Shown one piece after another: positions 55,916 through 64,000 of a stretch of DNA of 64,000 bases. The first letter of the stretch is position 1, and every line of letters starts with the position of its first letter. A program made the position numbers and the translations under genes. The notes below the pieces were generated by a model that did no database searches, was not told the DNA's origin, and was given only the letters and a program-made list of their open reading frames with translations. Source of the stretch: Bacteroidota bacterium (lineage in GTDB: Bacteria; Bacteroidota; Bacteroidia; JACCXN01); assembly GCA_013696965.1 (NCBI GenBank), contig JACCXN010000035.1:14393-78392 (forward strand). The letters are read 5' to 3'.

Positions 55916-57670
55916 ATGATTTATGATTTTTACAATCAAACAAGCGAATTAGAGCGTTATATGCCCAAATTTAAACTTGGGAAATATCAGAAAAAAATTG
56001 ATATGAGGCTTAGCCAGATTGAGGAGCAACAATATGTGCTAAGGCTATGGAGCAAAGATGCAAGTTTATGGGGTGAAAACAAGGGTGAAAAAACTATTAC
56101 ACAATCCCTAGGATGGTTAAATATAGTGGAAAAAACAATTGCTGCACTTCCCATGCTTTTGAAATTTGAATCGGATATACATTCTTCTGGTTTTAAGCAT
56201 ATAGTTATTTTAGGAATGGGCGGAAGCAGCCTTTCTTCTTTTGTTTACAAAAAAATTATCCAAAAAGAAAATCAAGGTATTCCATTTACAGTGCTGGATA
56301 CAACTGATCCAGAAATAATTTTGGAAACAGAAAAGTTAATTCCTTTAGAAAACACGCTGTTTATTCTTGCCAGCAAATCAGGGACTACAGTGGAGCCACA
56401 AGCACTTTTTGAATATTTTTATGACAAACTAAAACAAATTAAAGGTGAATCTGCTGGCGAAAATTTTGTTGCTATTACAGATCCAGGAACAATGTTAGTG
56501 AAACAAGCTAAAGAACTGAACTTCCGACAGATTTTTTTGAATTATTCAGATATTGGTGGCAGATATTCAATTTTTACTTATTTTGGTATTATACCAGCTA
56601 TTTTAATGGGTGTTAATGTAGGTGAATTGCTTGAGCGAACCCTGTTAATGGTACATGAATGTTCAGCAGGTGTTCCTCTCAGGAAAAACCCTGGAGCTGT
56701 TCTTGGCGGAGTACTAGCTGAACTGGTTAAACAAGGTAGAAACAAACTTACATTTTTCATGCCTGAGGAAATTTCTCCAATGAAAATGTGGTTTGAGCAA
56801 TTAATAGCCGAAAGTACAGGAAAAAAAGGTGTAGGGATTTTGCCTGTTTCTGGCGATATAACTAGTGGAAATACATTTTACGGAAATGATAGAATTTTTG
56901 TATTTATTAACTATGCAGGAGTTTTTGACCAAGAATGGTCGGATAAAATTAATTCTCTAGAAGAAGAGGGGCATCCAGTTATAATTATTGAGTTGGATGA
57001 TATTCATGATTTTGGGATGGAATTTTTCAGGTGGCAATTTGCTACAGCTATTTCAGGTGCCATACTAAATATTAACCCATTCGATCAACCAAATGTCCAG
57101 CAAAATAAAGAGAATACAGAGAAAATTTTAAAAACCATTGAATCTAAGGGACTGCTCAAAGAGGATAAGCCTCTTTTCATTGATAAAGGATTACGTTTTT
57201 CTGGTACTACAAACGGTTCCGTTACCGCTGAAGCTTTTTTAGATGATTTCTTTTCACTTGCAGTAACAGGTGATTATATTGGTATTCAGGCTTATATTCC
57301 AGAAACAATCAAAACAACGAGTGAAATAGAAAAACTCAGAAAATTTCTTGAAGAAAATTTACATTTAGCCTCTACCTCAGGTTTTGGACCCAGGTATTTA
57401 CATTCAACCGGTCAATTTCATAAAGGAGGACCCAACAATGGATTATTTATTTTATTGACGGGGGGAAATTCAGTTGATATTGATGTACCAGGAAAGCCTT
57501 ATACTTTTGGCATGTTGAAGAATTCTCAAGCTATAGGAGATTTTAAAGCCTTACAGGATCATAAAAGAAGAGTAATTAAGATTGATTTAGGCGAAGATGT
57601 TTCAAAAGGCTTATATAACTTAAGAGAAACAATAAAAACCTCCCTTACTTTGCAAGTAAAATTTGTTTAA
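55916..57670 (+). CDS. pgi: glucose-6-phosphate isomerase (SIS-domain PGI)
   Basis: 584 aa. GMGGSSL, SKSGTTVEP and DIGGRYS blocks are the PGI SIS-domain signatures. Confidence 0.8.
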   Translation: MIYDFYNQTSELERYMPKFKLGKYQKKIDMRLSQIEEQQYVLRLWSKDASLWGENKGEKTITQSLGWLNIVEKTIAALPMLLKFESDIHSSGFKHIVILGMGGSSLSSFVYKKIIQKENQGIPFTVLDTTDPEIILETEKLIPLENTLFILASKSGTTVEPQALFEYFYDKLKQIKGESAGENFVAITDPGTMLVKQAKELNFRQIFLNYSDIGGRYSIFTYFGIIPAILMGVNVGELLERTLLMVHECSAGVPLRKNPGAVLGGVLAELVKQGRNKLTFFMPEEISPMKMWFEQLIAESTGKKGVGILPVSGDITSGNTFYGNDRIFVFINYAGVFDQEWSDKINSLEEEGHPVIIIELDDIHDFGMEFFRWQFATAISGAILNINPFDQPNVQQNKENTEKILKTIESKGLLKEDKPLFIDKGLRFSGTTNGSVTAEAFLDDFFSLAVTGDYIGIQAYIPETIKTTSEIEKLRKFLEENLHLASTSGFGPRYLHSTGQFHKGGPNNGLFILLTGGNSVDIDVPGKPYTFGMLKNSQAIGDFKALQDHKRRVIKIDLGEDVSKGLYNLRETIKTSLTLQVKFV

Positions 57671-57691
57671 TTTATTGCAATCAAATTATTG

Positions 57692-57723
57692 CGGCCGTTC
57701 AATTTGAATGGCCGTTTTAATTT
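57692..57723 (+). terminator. rho-independent terminator after pgi
   Basis: Hairpin cggccgttcaa(ttt)gaatggccg followed by ttttaattt. Confidence 0.6.
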
Positions 57724-57995
57724 AAACAACTTTCAAAATATAAATTTCAAAATTAATATACAAGCTATTATAATCAGTTAAAATACTTCCTTATAAATAC
57801 TTATGTAAGAAATTACTGCTAATTTCCATTGGTAATTATGAATAAATCGTTGTTTCAACTTTTTGGTTTTTATTTCGGAAAAAAAGTATTCTCCAAATAA
57901 AATTTAGTTTTGTACTTGGGTAAATTTGTATTTAAAATAAGTTTAATTTAACCGCATTTAATTCAGTTAAAGAAATTTATATTTTTATAAAAGTA

Positions 57996-58682
57996 ATGTC
58001 AGTGGATTTTATGGCCAAACAACTACTTATTGAAGCGGAGGAAAAAGCAACTTATTTATTTGATAAAATTCAAGAGCTTGGAATTATTATTGAGGGTAAA
58101 ACAGAATACCAGTTAAATAAGGAAGTTTTTAATTTAGCATTTGAACTCTTTAATATTAAGAAATACTGGCATAAAAGGATCGTTCGTTCTGGAAAAAACA
58201 CTTTGTTTCCCTACAAAGAAAATCCACCTGATTTGGTTTTACAGAGGGATGATATTGTTTTTTTTGATTTTGGCCCTGTTTTCGAAAATTGGGAAGCGGA
58301 TATTGGAAGAACTTATGTATTAGGCAATGACCAAAATAAACTGAAATTAAAAAAGGATGTAGAACTTGCCTGGTACGAAGGCAAGGATTATTTTGAAAAA
58401 AACAAACAAAATTTATCAGGAGCAGATTTTTTCAACTATACGAAAAAACTTGCTGAAAAATTTGGGTGGCAATTCGGAAATATACACTGTGGTCATTTAA
58501 TTGGAAATTTTCCTCATGAAAAATTATGTGGGGAAGAAATTGTTAATTATATCCATCCTGATAATAATAAACTAATGAGTGATAAGGATAAAAATGGGAA
58601 TGAAAGGTTTTGGATTTATGAAATTCATTTTATTGATAAAGAATTAGAAATAGGAGGCTTTTACGAACAGCTTTTATCTTAA
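57996..58682 (+). CDS. M24-like (pita-bread fold) metallopeptidase-family protein, short form
   Basis: 228 aa. DDIVFFDFGPVFENWEADIGRTY (DxD...D), HCGHLIG and E...E residues are spaced as in the creatinase/aminopeptidase-P catalytic domain. Confidence 0.45.
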   Translation: MSVDFMAKQLLIEAEEKATYLFDKIQELGIIIEGKTEYQLNKEVFNLAFELFNIKKYWHKRIVRSGKNTLFPYKENPPDLVLQRDDIVFFDFGPVFENWEADIGRTYVLGNDQNKLKLKKDVELAWYEGKDYFEKNKQNLSGADFFNYTKKLAEKFGWQFGNIHCGHLIGNFPHEKLCGEEIVNYIHPDNNKLMSDKDKNGNERFWIYEIHFIDKELEIGGFYEQLLS

Positions 58683-58865
58683 TGGATTTCAATATTTAAT
58701 GATTAAGCCAAACTAAATTAACTCCCAAAATACATACACATAGAAGTATTCACAATTAAAAGTCAACATGAGTCTATTGATTGCTTATAAATACAACTTA
58801 TTGTTCTCCATTTAAAGTAATAAGGATTAGATTTGAATGTTTATTTTTTCAAAATCAACTGTATT

Positions 58866-60560
58866 TTATTGATTTAGAATTTCAGTTTCATTTTCAATAT
58901 TAGTCTTTAAAAGATTTTTCTTGTTGTTTTTTAAATCCAAAACCAGACGGGCAATTAAATAATTTATTGCAGCAAAATCCGAAATGCTTGGTAGGAGTTT
59001 GTTTTCAGAAATTCCATCAAAACAAATGTCAAATTCCGGATAATGAATTGCTGTTTTTATGTTGTTATAGCCGGAGTACCAATTGAATGCGGTTTTTATA
59101 TACCTTAAGTATAGATCATCATCAAAAACTTCATAAAATAAGCTCAGGGTAATTATAGTCTCTGTAACTTCTGCAGGTTTATAATCAAAATAGTTTTTTG
59201 AAGTTCCAAATGTTGTATTAGAAACGCAATTCAGGTAGCCCTCTCTAAATGAGTTTGCAATTATCCAATCGAAAGTTACAATTGCAATTACCTTATATAT
59301 TTCAACCCCCGATAATAGATATGCATACAAAAGGGCTTCTGATAATTTTGAGTTCGCAGAATGATAGGAATTTTCAATCCACTTTTGTTCCTCCTCAATT
59401 TGAACCTCTTGATAATATTTTTCAATTAACTTATCTGCAATGATTAGTGCATTTTCTTTTATCCTTTCTTCTGGAAATATAGTATAATAGATATATAGGC
59501 CTTTTAATAGCCCGGCATGGGCAGAAAAGCTGGTAAATGTTTCTGATAATTTTAGAATATTTTGGTAATTGGTTTTTGCCTGGGAATAAAGTTGTACTGG
59601 GATTTTGTCATCTTTTATTGACAATAAGATTGCCATTGCCGAAAATGCAGAAACCATATCTTTTTCTTCTTTTCCCTCCAGGCTTTTATGCATATTTATA
59701 TGCTCCATGTTTTTACAAATGCAGTCATTTATTTCCATAAGAAGTAATTCAATCACTTTAAGACCATAAACAACATTTGTTAGCTTATGATATAAACATA
59801 TTGCATGAATTACTTCTGAATTATGTAATATGGAATTTTCAGAAATAGTATGTTTTTTATTTTGCTCATAGTCCAATGCTTTTCTTAGAATTTCCAAGGA
59901 CAGTGGTGGAACTGTAAATTCAATATTTTTATTTACGGAATATCTAAGAAATAAATCAGCATAAATTAATGCTTCTTTATCTATGGATATTGAGGTGAAA
60001 TTATTTGCTGTAACGCCAATTAAATTCTCATCAAAATTTATTTTTTCATTTACCAATTCAATTTTATCACAAATAATTTCATACTGATTTATTAGGATCT
60101 CTTTATGAAATTTGTTGCCAACAAGGATTACATTTGCCCTTGAAGTAATACTTTTCAATAGTTCTTTAAATCGGTAATCTGCTTTTTCTGGTACTTCATT
60201 TAAAAATAGTAGAATTGGCTTTTTTACCGAATATAAAAGAAACAATAGGTTATCACCATTTTCTCTACCATATAAATTTATATTATGTTGTATAAGCACT
60301 GATGAAATTTGCCCATCCTTATTTATGTTATCGGCTAAATTAAAATACTCCTGCCTTTTTAGAGGATTTAAAACATATTGCACTTCTTTATAATTATCAT
60401 AGGTGAAATTTTCTGAAGTAACGGCACATATTTTAAGTTTAAATGGAGTATTAATTTTTTTATTAAACACATCAAATAAAGTTGCAGAATATTGAGCAAT
60501 TTTATCCTCAGAAGGAGAATAAGGACTAATTAGAAGGATATGTTGATCGAAATTATTCAT
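58866..60560 (-). CDS. hypothetical two-domain protein: N-terminal Rossmann/glycosyltransferase-like region and C-terminal all-alpha (alpha/alpha toroid-like) region
   Basis: 564 aa with no confident motif. The N-terminal part alternates beta-alpha (HILLISPY..., KKPILLFLNEV..., ANVILVGNKF). The C-terminal ~300 aa are helical with spaced aromatic/Gly blocks (FSAHAGLLKGLYIYY, FDWIIANSF). Its start overlaps the upstream alpha/beta hydrolase stop by 8 nt. Confidence 0.35.
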   Translation of the reverse strand: MNNFDQHILLISPYSPSEDKIAQYSATLFDVFNKKINTPFKLKICAVTSENFTYDNYKEVQYVLNPLKRQEYFNLADNINKDGQISSVLIQHNINLYGRENGDNLLFLLYSVKKPILLFLNEVPEKADYRFKELLKSITSRANVILVGNKFHKEILINQYEIICDKIELVNEKINFDENLIGVTANNFTSISIDKEALIYADLFLRYSVNKNIEFTVPPLSLEILRKALDYEQNKKHTISENSILHNSEVIHAICLYHKLTNVVYGLKVIELLLMEINDCICKNMEHINMHKSLEGKEEKDMVSAFSAMAILLSIKDDKIPVQLYSQAKTNYQNILKLSETFTSFSAHAGLLKGLYIYYTIFPEERIKENALIIADKLIEKYYQEVQIEEEQKWIENSYHSANSKLSEALLYAYLLSGVEIYKVIAIVTFDWIIANSFREGYLNCVSNTTFGTSKNYFDYKPAEVTETIITLSLFYEVFDDDLYLRYIKTAFNWYSGYNNIKTAIHYPEFDICFDGISENKLLPSISDFAAINYLIARLVLDLKNNKKNLLKTNIENETEILNQ

Positions 60561-61437
60561 TTGCTGTTTTGCTTAATTTTTCCATTAAAATTTCTATGGG
60601 GTTTGAAATGATTATTTGGTTAAAATTTTTTGTGAGAAATGCTTTGATTAGCCTGTTAAATTCATTGGGATTCTCAAGGTTGGATAAATAAAAAGCATGT
60701 TTTATAATATGCAATTGAGAACCAGTAATAAAGTAATTAAGATATTGTGAATCTACAGGTGGGGAATCATTGTCCTTTTCTCCTGCAAGGATTAAAGTTG
60801 GTATTTTAATATTTTTAAGACTCTCGCTGCTGTCCATTCTAGAGGCCAGCGCAAGCATAGTACCACATATACCCAATAGGGAGTTAGATTCTAAATTTTC
60901 CCTTGTTTTTATTAATATATCCTTATGGTTATCATTTGACTCAATGCTTAATAGCCCTTCTAATATGTTATCCGAGAAGAATTCCTCGCCTTTTGCTTTC
61001 ACATTTTTAATGAACTCAAATCTTTTAATTTTTTCCTTATTGCTATCTGCATAACTTTTAGTATCACAAAGAATGAGACCTTGTATTCTTTCAGGAAACA
61101 ACTCAACTGCTCTTATCGCAATGTATCCACCCATAGATATTCCACAAAGGATTACCTTTTGTATCTTCAGATGATCCATGAGTGCAATAAGATCATCCAC
61201 AAAAAGATCAATATTGTACAATCCATCTGAAACTCCACTCGATCCATGCCCTCTTATATCATAGGATACTACTTGATAATCCTTCGATAAAAACTCAATC
61301 TGTTCATTCCACATGGATTTGTTCAAACCAAGGGTGTGAATTAATACAAGGGGCGGAAATGAATCCCTGCCTGTAATTGAATAACAGAGAAGATTGTTAT
61401 TGATCTGCACATAATTTTCTGTAACAATTGTATTCAT
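60553..61437 (-). CDS. alpha/beta-fold hydrolase
   Basis: 294 aa. LVLIHTLG. Nucleophile elbow GISMGG. C-terminal His/Asp region typical of the esterase/haloperoxidase-like family. Confidence 0.85.
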   Translation of the reverse strand: MNTIVTENYVQINNNLLCYSITGRDSFPPLVLIHTLGLNKSMWNEQIEFLSKDYQVVSYDIRGHGSSGVSDGLYNIDLFVDDLIALMDHLKIQKVILCGISMGGYIAIRAVELFPERIQGLILCDTKSYADSNKEKIKRFEFIKNVKAKGEEFFSDNILEGLLSIESNDNHKDILIKTRENLESNSLLGICGTMLALASRMDSSESLKNIKIPTLILAGEKDNDSPPVDSQYLNYFITGSQLHIIKHAFYLSNLENPNEFNRLIKAFLTKNFNQIIISNPIEILMEKLSKTANE

Positions 61438-61481
61438 AAGCTGATTTTTATTAGGTCATTGTTAAATATTGTTTTATATAT

Positions 61482-61685
61482 TTTCATATGTATATAATTT
61501 GTTTTTTAATAGTCATCCCGATTTATCGGGAGCCAGGTTATCTTCATTAGTGTTTGTGCACTGTTCGGTGCATGGCTATTTCATATGTATATAATTTGTT
61601 TTTTAATTGACATCCCGATTTATCGGGATAGCCATGTTATATTCATTAGCGTTTGTGAACGGTTCGTGCATGGCTATTTCATATT
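61482..61685. repeat. 97-bp direct tandem repeat (two copies plus the start of a third), each copy carrying a perfect 16-bp palindrome TCCCGATTTATCGGGA
   Basis: Copy 1 begins tttcatatgtatataatttgttttttaat at 61482 and copy 2 at 61579. The palindromes lie at 61516..61531 and 61613..61628. A second short inverted repeat, gcacNgttcgGtgc, occurs in each copy. Confidence 0.85.
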
Positions 61686-62301
61686 ATGATTTGCCAATCT
61701 TAATAAGGTTTATTGCCAGAAAAATTTGCCAAACTGAATTTTTCGCTTCGGCTATGTTGTATAATTTTCCTGCAAGCCTATAATCATCAATGATTGGTAC
61801 TACTCCCCAATTATGCCTTAAACCCAGGCTAAATCTTTTAAAGTCAGCGGAAGTACCTGCAGAGAATCCATAATCAAAGAATTTAAAACTGTTTATTGTT
61901 ATGTTCTCTCGAAATCCTGGAATGATTGAAGTTATTTGACCATCGGAAAGTATTGAAGCGTAGGGGCCAAAGTGCAAATTAACGGTATTTGTAATATTCA
62001 AAACAAGGTATACTGGCAGCTCAATATAATTTAGGTGATAATCAAAATATTCACTTGAATGCCCCTTTGTATTGTATAACAGTTCTGGTTGAAGCGCTAA
62101 AAATCCGAAAATATTCAGTTTGGCAAAAACACCGGCATTGTAACCTGCATTGAATTGATTAATCCTTAGGTTTTCAATGCCAATATTAAAATGAGTCAGA
62201 TTAAATCCTCCCTTAATTCCAAGTTGTAATTGCCCATAACCTATTTGGATGGTTAGTAAAAAAAATAGTACAATAAGGCTTGCAAAGGGAATTTTTTTCA
62301 T
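61684..62301 (-). CDS. outer-membrane beta-barrel protein (porin-family / OmpW-PorT-like small barrel)
   Basis: 205 aa. Signal peptide ending ...GYGQ. Alternating amphipathic strands. C-terminal ...WQIFLAINLIKIGKS lacks a strict terminal Phe, but the overall pattern fits the small OMP beta-barrel families of Bacteroidota. Confidence 0.65.
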   Translation of the reverse strand: MKKIPFASLIVLFFLLTIQIGYGQLQLGIKGGFNLTHFNIGIENLRINQFNAGYNAGVFAKLNIFGFLALQPELLYNTKGHSSEYFDYHLNYIELPVYLVLNITNTVNLHFGPYASILSDGQITSIIPGFRENITINSFKFFDYGFSAGTSADFKRFSLGLRHNWGVVPIIDDYRLAGKLYNIAEAKNSVWQIFLAINLIKIGKS

Positions 62302-62677
62302 TTTTAAATATTCTTAATGTTTTTACCTCTTGAAAATTTTCTGCCAATATTAACAAAGCCCTTATGCTCACTTATTAAGGTTGGGATATGAAAATGCATA
62401 ATGTTTTCTGTGAAAATTTATCCTCATTGTTAGCTAAAGATTCCACAAGATGAAATTTGGCTAAAAAGCCTTCTGTGATATTTACAGCAATGATTTACAC
62501 ATATTGTGGAATTCATTTCACCTTCTTTACACAATATGAATAGCAAGGATTGATGCAAGATTTCTTTCAACACCCCTTAAAATGAATGTTAAAAGGTCTT
62601 GTATTAGTTTGTGAAAAAAGTTTGGCAGTAAATTTCAAGCATAAACAAAGTGATTAGCATTTAATGCAATAAGCTTT

Positions 62678-63163
62678 ATGTCCTTAAAAAGAAGAATCAG
62701 TGTGTTTTATATAGAAGATTCAACAATAAGTTCGGTAATAACTGACCATAAACTTCGTGAAATAGCTGATTTTAGGATTTATCCTTATTGTTCTGCCGAG
62801 GTGGCTTTTAAAGATTTATACTTTAATCCTGATGTAATAATCCTAGATTATATTCTTCCGGGAATGAATGGTTTACAGGCCATTCAAAAATTCAAACAAA
62901 CTTATCCGGAAATTCCAATAATTATGCTTTCTGGTCAACAAAACATTGATGTGATAATTGATGTAATGCGTGCTGGAGCCTGTGAATACATGAGTAAGAA
63001 AAATTTTTCTGCAAGAGAATTGTATGAAAAAATTTGTAGCATTTATGATCAAAAACAACATGAAAAGAAAAAGCATTTGTTGGAAATGGCAATCAAAAAA
63101 ATACTGTTTTTAAGTTTTTTTATTTTGCTTTTTTCAGTAATTGTATGGTATAAATTAAAATAA
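62678..63163 (+). CDS. receiver-domain protein with a C-terminal TM helix
   Basis: 161 aa. IILDYILPGMNG (phospho-acceptor Asp), IIMLSGQQ and conserved K. Ends with a hydrophobic helix ILFLSFFILLFSVIVWY. Confidence 0.7.
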   Translation: MSLKRRISVFYIEDSTISSVITDHKLREIADFRIYPYCSAEVAFKDLYFNPDVIILDYILPGMNGLQAIQKFKQTYPEIPIIMLSGQQNIDVIIDVMRAGACEYMSKKNFSARELYEKICSIYDQKQHEKKKHLLEMAIKKILFLSFFILLFSVIVWYKLK

Positions 63164-63167
63164 GTAA

Positions 63168-63554
63168 GTGATGAAAATACTAATAGTAGATGATGATCCG
63201 ATAATTCTGGAAACCTTAAGCAGAATATTGACGGCTGATGGATTTGAGGTAATTACGGCAAGTGATGGGGTAAAAGCATTTGATTTGTTGGAGGAAAAAA
63301 AAATCGACATGGTAATTAGCGATATAATGATGCCTAATATGTCAGGCCTGGGACTGCTAAAAATACTCAAAGAGCACTACCTTAAAAGGATTCCGGTAAT
63401 TCTTATTTCTTCACTTGACAAATGTGAAATTATTCTATCAGCATTAAAAATGGGAGCAGATGATTTTGTGCTTAAACCTGTGAATTTTCTTGAATTAAAG
63501 ATTAGAATAGAAAAGCAAATAAATGCCAAAGCAAGAGTTTTTCAGGATAAATAA
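63168..63554 (+). CDS. single-domain response regulator (CheY-like)
   Basis: 128 aa. ILIVDDDP, MVISDIMMPNMSG and LKPV are classic receiver motifs. Confidence 0.85.
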   Translation: MMKILIVDDDPIILETLSRILTADGFEVITASDGVKAFDLLEEKKIDMVISDIMMPNMSGLGLLKILKEHYLKRIPVILISSLDKCEIILSALKMGADDFVLKPVNFLELKIRIEKQINAKARVFQDK

Positions 63555-63603
63555 AATAGCTTTTTTTCAAGCTTAAAATTAATGGTAACATAACTATATA
63601 GTG

Positions 63604-64000
63604 ATGAGATGGATAATTAATAATATCAATAGAAAATGGCACATAAAAAAAATTGTGGGACTTGGTTTTGGGTTCGCCCTATTGATATCCGTTTTAAGCA
63701 GTATTGTTTCTTACTTAAGCACTAATCAGGTTTTAAAAGCCACTAATGAACTCTCCAATTCACATTTGTCCTATGGGATATTAAAAGAAATATTATCTGT
63801 TATTACCTATGCTGAGAGCTGTGAAAGAGCCTATGTAATTACTTCAAGTGATGAATACCTAAACTCTTATCACGAATCGGCACTAGTTGTTAAGTTAAAA
63901 ATTCAAGAACTAAAAGAATTAACAAAGGACCATTCCAGGCAATTTGGGAAAATAGAATTACTCGAACCTTTAATTAGTGAACGATTTGATATAATGGAGG
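63604..64000 (+). CDS. sensor histidine kinase N-terminus with a CHASE3-like periplasmic domain; partial, continuing beyond the window
   Basis: An ATG at 63604 opens a frame to the window end. TM helix IVGLGFGFALLISVLSSIVSY, then ...TNQVLKATNELSNSHLSYGILKEILSVITYAESCERAYVITSSDEYLNSY..., which is the CHASE3 helical pattern (threshold, ExxxRGYLLT-like). Confidence 0.55.
   Translation, partial: MRWIINNINRKWHIKKIVGLGFGFALLISVLSSIVSYLSTNQVLKATNELSNSHLSYGILKEILSVITYAESCERAYVITSSDEYLNSYHESALVVKLKIQELKELTKDHSRQFGKIELLEPLISERFDIME

Noticed and set aside
1-64000. Searched by eye for tRNA T-arm (GGTTCGAATCC-like) and rRNA signatures, and for transposase or integrase ORFs
   Set aside because: None were found. 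All large intergenic gaps (4.5-4.9, 16.0-16.4, 20.0-20.3, 23.7-24.0, 26.1-26.4, 32.15-32.94, 48.6-49.0, 57.7-58.0 and 62.3-62.7 kb) lack tRNA-like GC-rich stems. No ORF shows DDE or tyrosine-recombinase motifs. The ars islet is therefore not visibly part of a mobile element within this window.

Overview
This is a 64 kb, AT-rich (GC looks to be in the low 30s % by eye) and densely coding segment of what is almost certainly a Bacteroidota chromosome. The evidence for that assignment is three type IX secretion (T9SS) cargo proteins with C-terminal sorting domains, a PorP/SprF gene directly after a SprB-repeat adhesin, a Rho factor with a large N-terminal insertion, and several Bacteroidota-typical DUF families.

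Content in order:
- 1-4.5 kb: YbbR-like protein, coaE (dephospho-CoA kinase), AsmA-like protein.
- 4.9-9.8 kb: minus-strand trio of two guanidino-group-modifying enzymes (amidinotransferase-fold hydrolase and an agmatine-deiminase/PAD-like protein) plus a fused E1 alpha/beta 2-oxoacid dehydrogenase.
- 10.1-10.65 kb: RelE/ParE-type toxin with an overlapping antitoxin frame that has no ATG.
- 10.7-20 kb: T9SS cargo island. It holds a Tat-signal intradiol-dioxygenase-like protein with a type A sorting domain, a PKD/SprB-repeat/dockerin-like protein (type A), a hypothetical 493-aa helical protein, and a SprB-like protein (type B) with its PorP/SprF partner.
- 20.3-23.7 kb: PadR-PspC pair, TerC, a DUF2179 protein.
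- 24-32 kb: cation:proton antiporter, rho with a hexanucleotide repeat encoding N/P/Q-rich residues, DUF4199, an NhaC antiporter, a methionine-gamma-lyase-like PLP enzyme.
- 32.15-32.94 kb: an unusually long 0.8 kb non-coding region ending in 51-bp tandem repeats.
- 32.9-34.9 kb: FAD oxidoreductase-Rieske fusion and a small membrane protein.
- 35-37.6 kb: response regulator / DUF2490-like / DUF4956 / VTC (polyphosphate-polymerase-domain) operon.
- 37.8-40.9 kb: lipoprotein, DUF4142, sterol-desaturase-family protein.
- 41-42.5 kb: GC-richer ars islet with arsR, DUF6428 and a frameshifted arsC.
- 42.7-46.8 kb: STAS-like / cellulose-synthase-like GT2 / DUF3131 / DUF4907 cluster. This is the best candidate for an uncharacterised polysaccharide synthase system.
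- 49-57.7 kb: PAS histidine kinase followed by an alpha-glucan cluster (GH15, GT-B glycogen-synthase-like, GH57, pgi).
- 58-61.4 kb: M24-like peptidase; a 564-aa two-domain hypothetical protein translationally coupled to an alpha/beta hydrolase.
- 61.48-61.69 kb: 97-bp tandem repeat carrying a perfect 16-bp palindrome.
- 61.7-64 kb: outer-membrane beta-barrel protein, then two receiver-only proteins followed by a partial CHASE3 sensor kinase.

No rRNA, tRNA, CRISPR, transposase or integrase was recognised. All functional calls are from reading motifs in the supplied translations; no searches were run.
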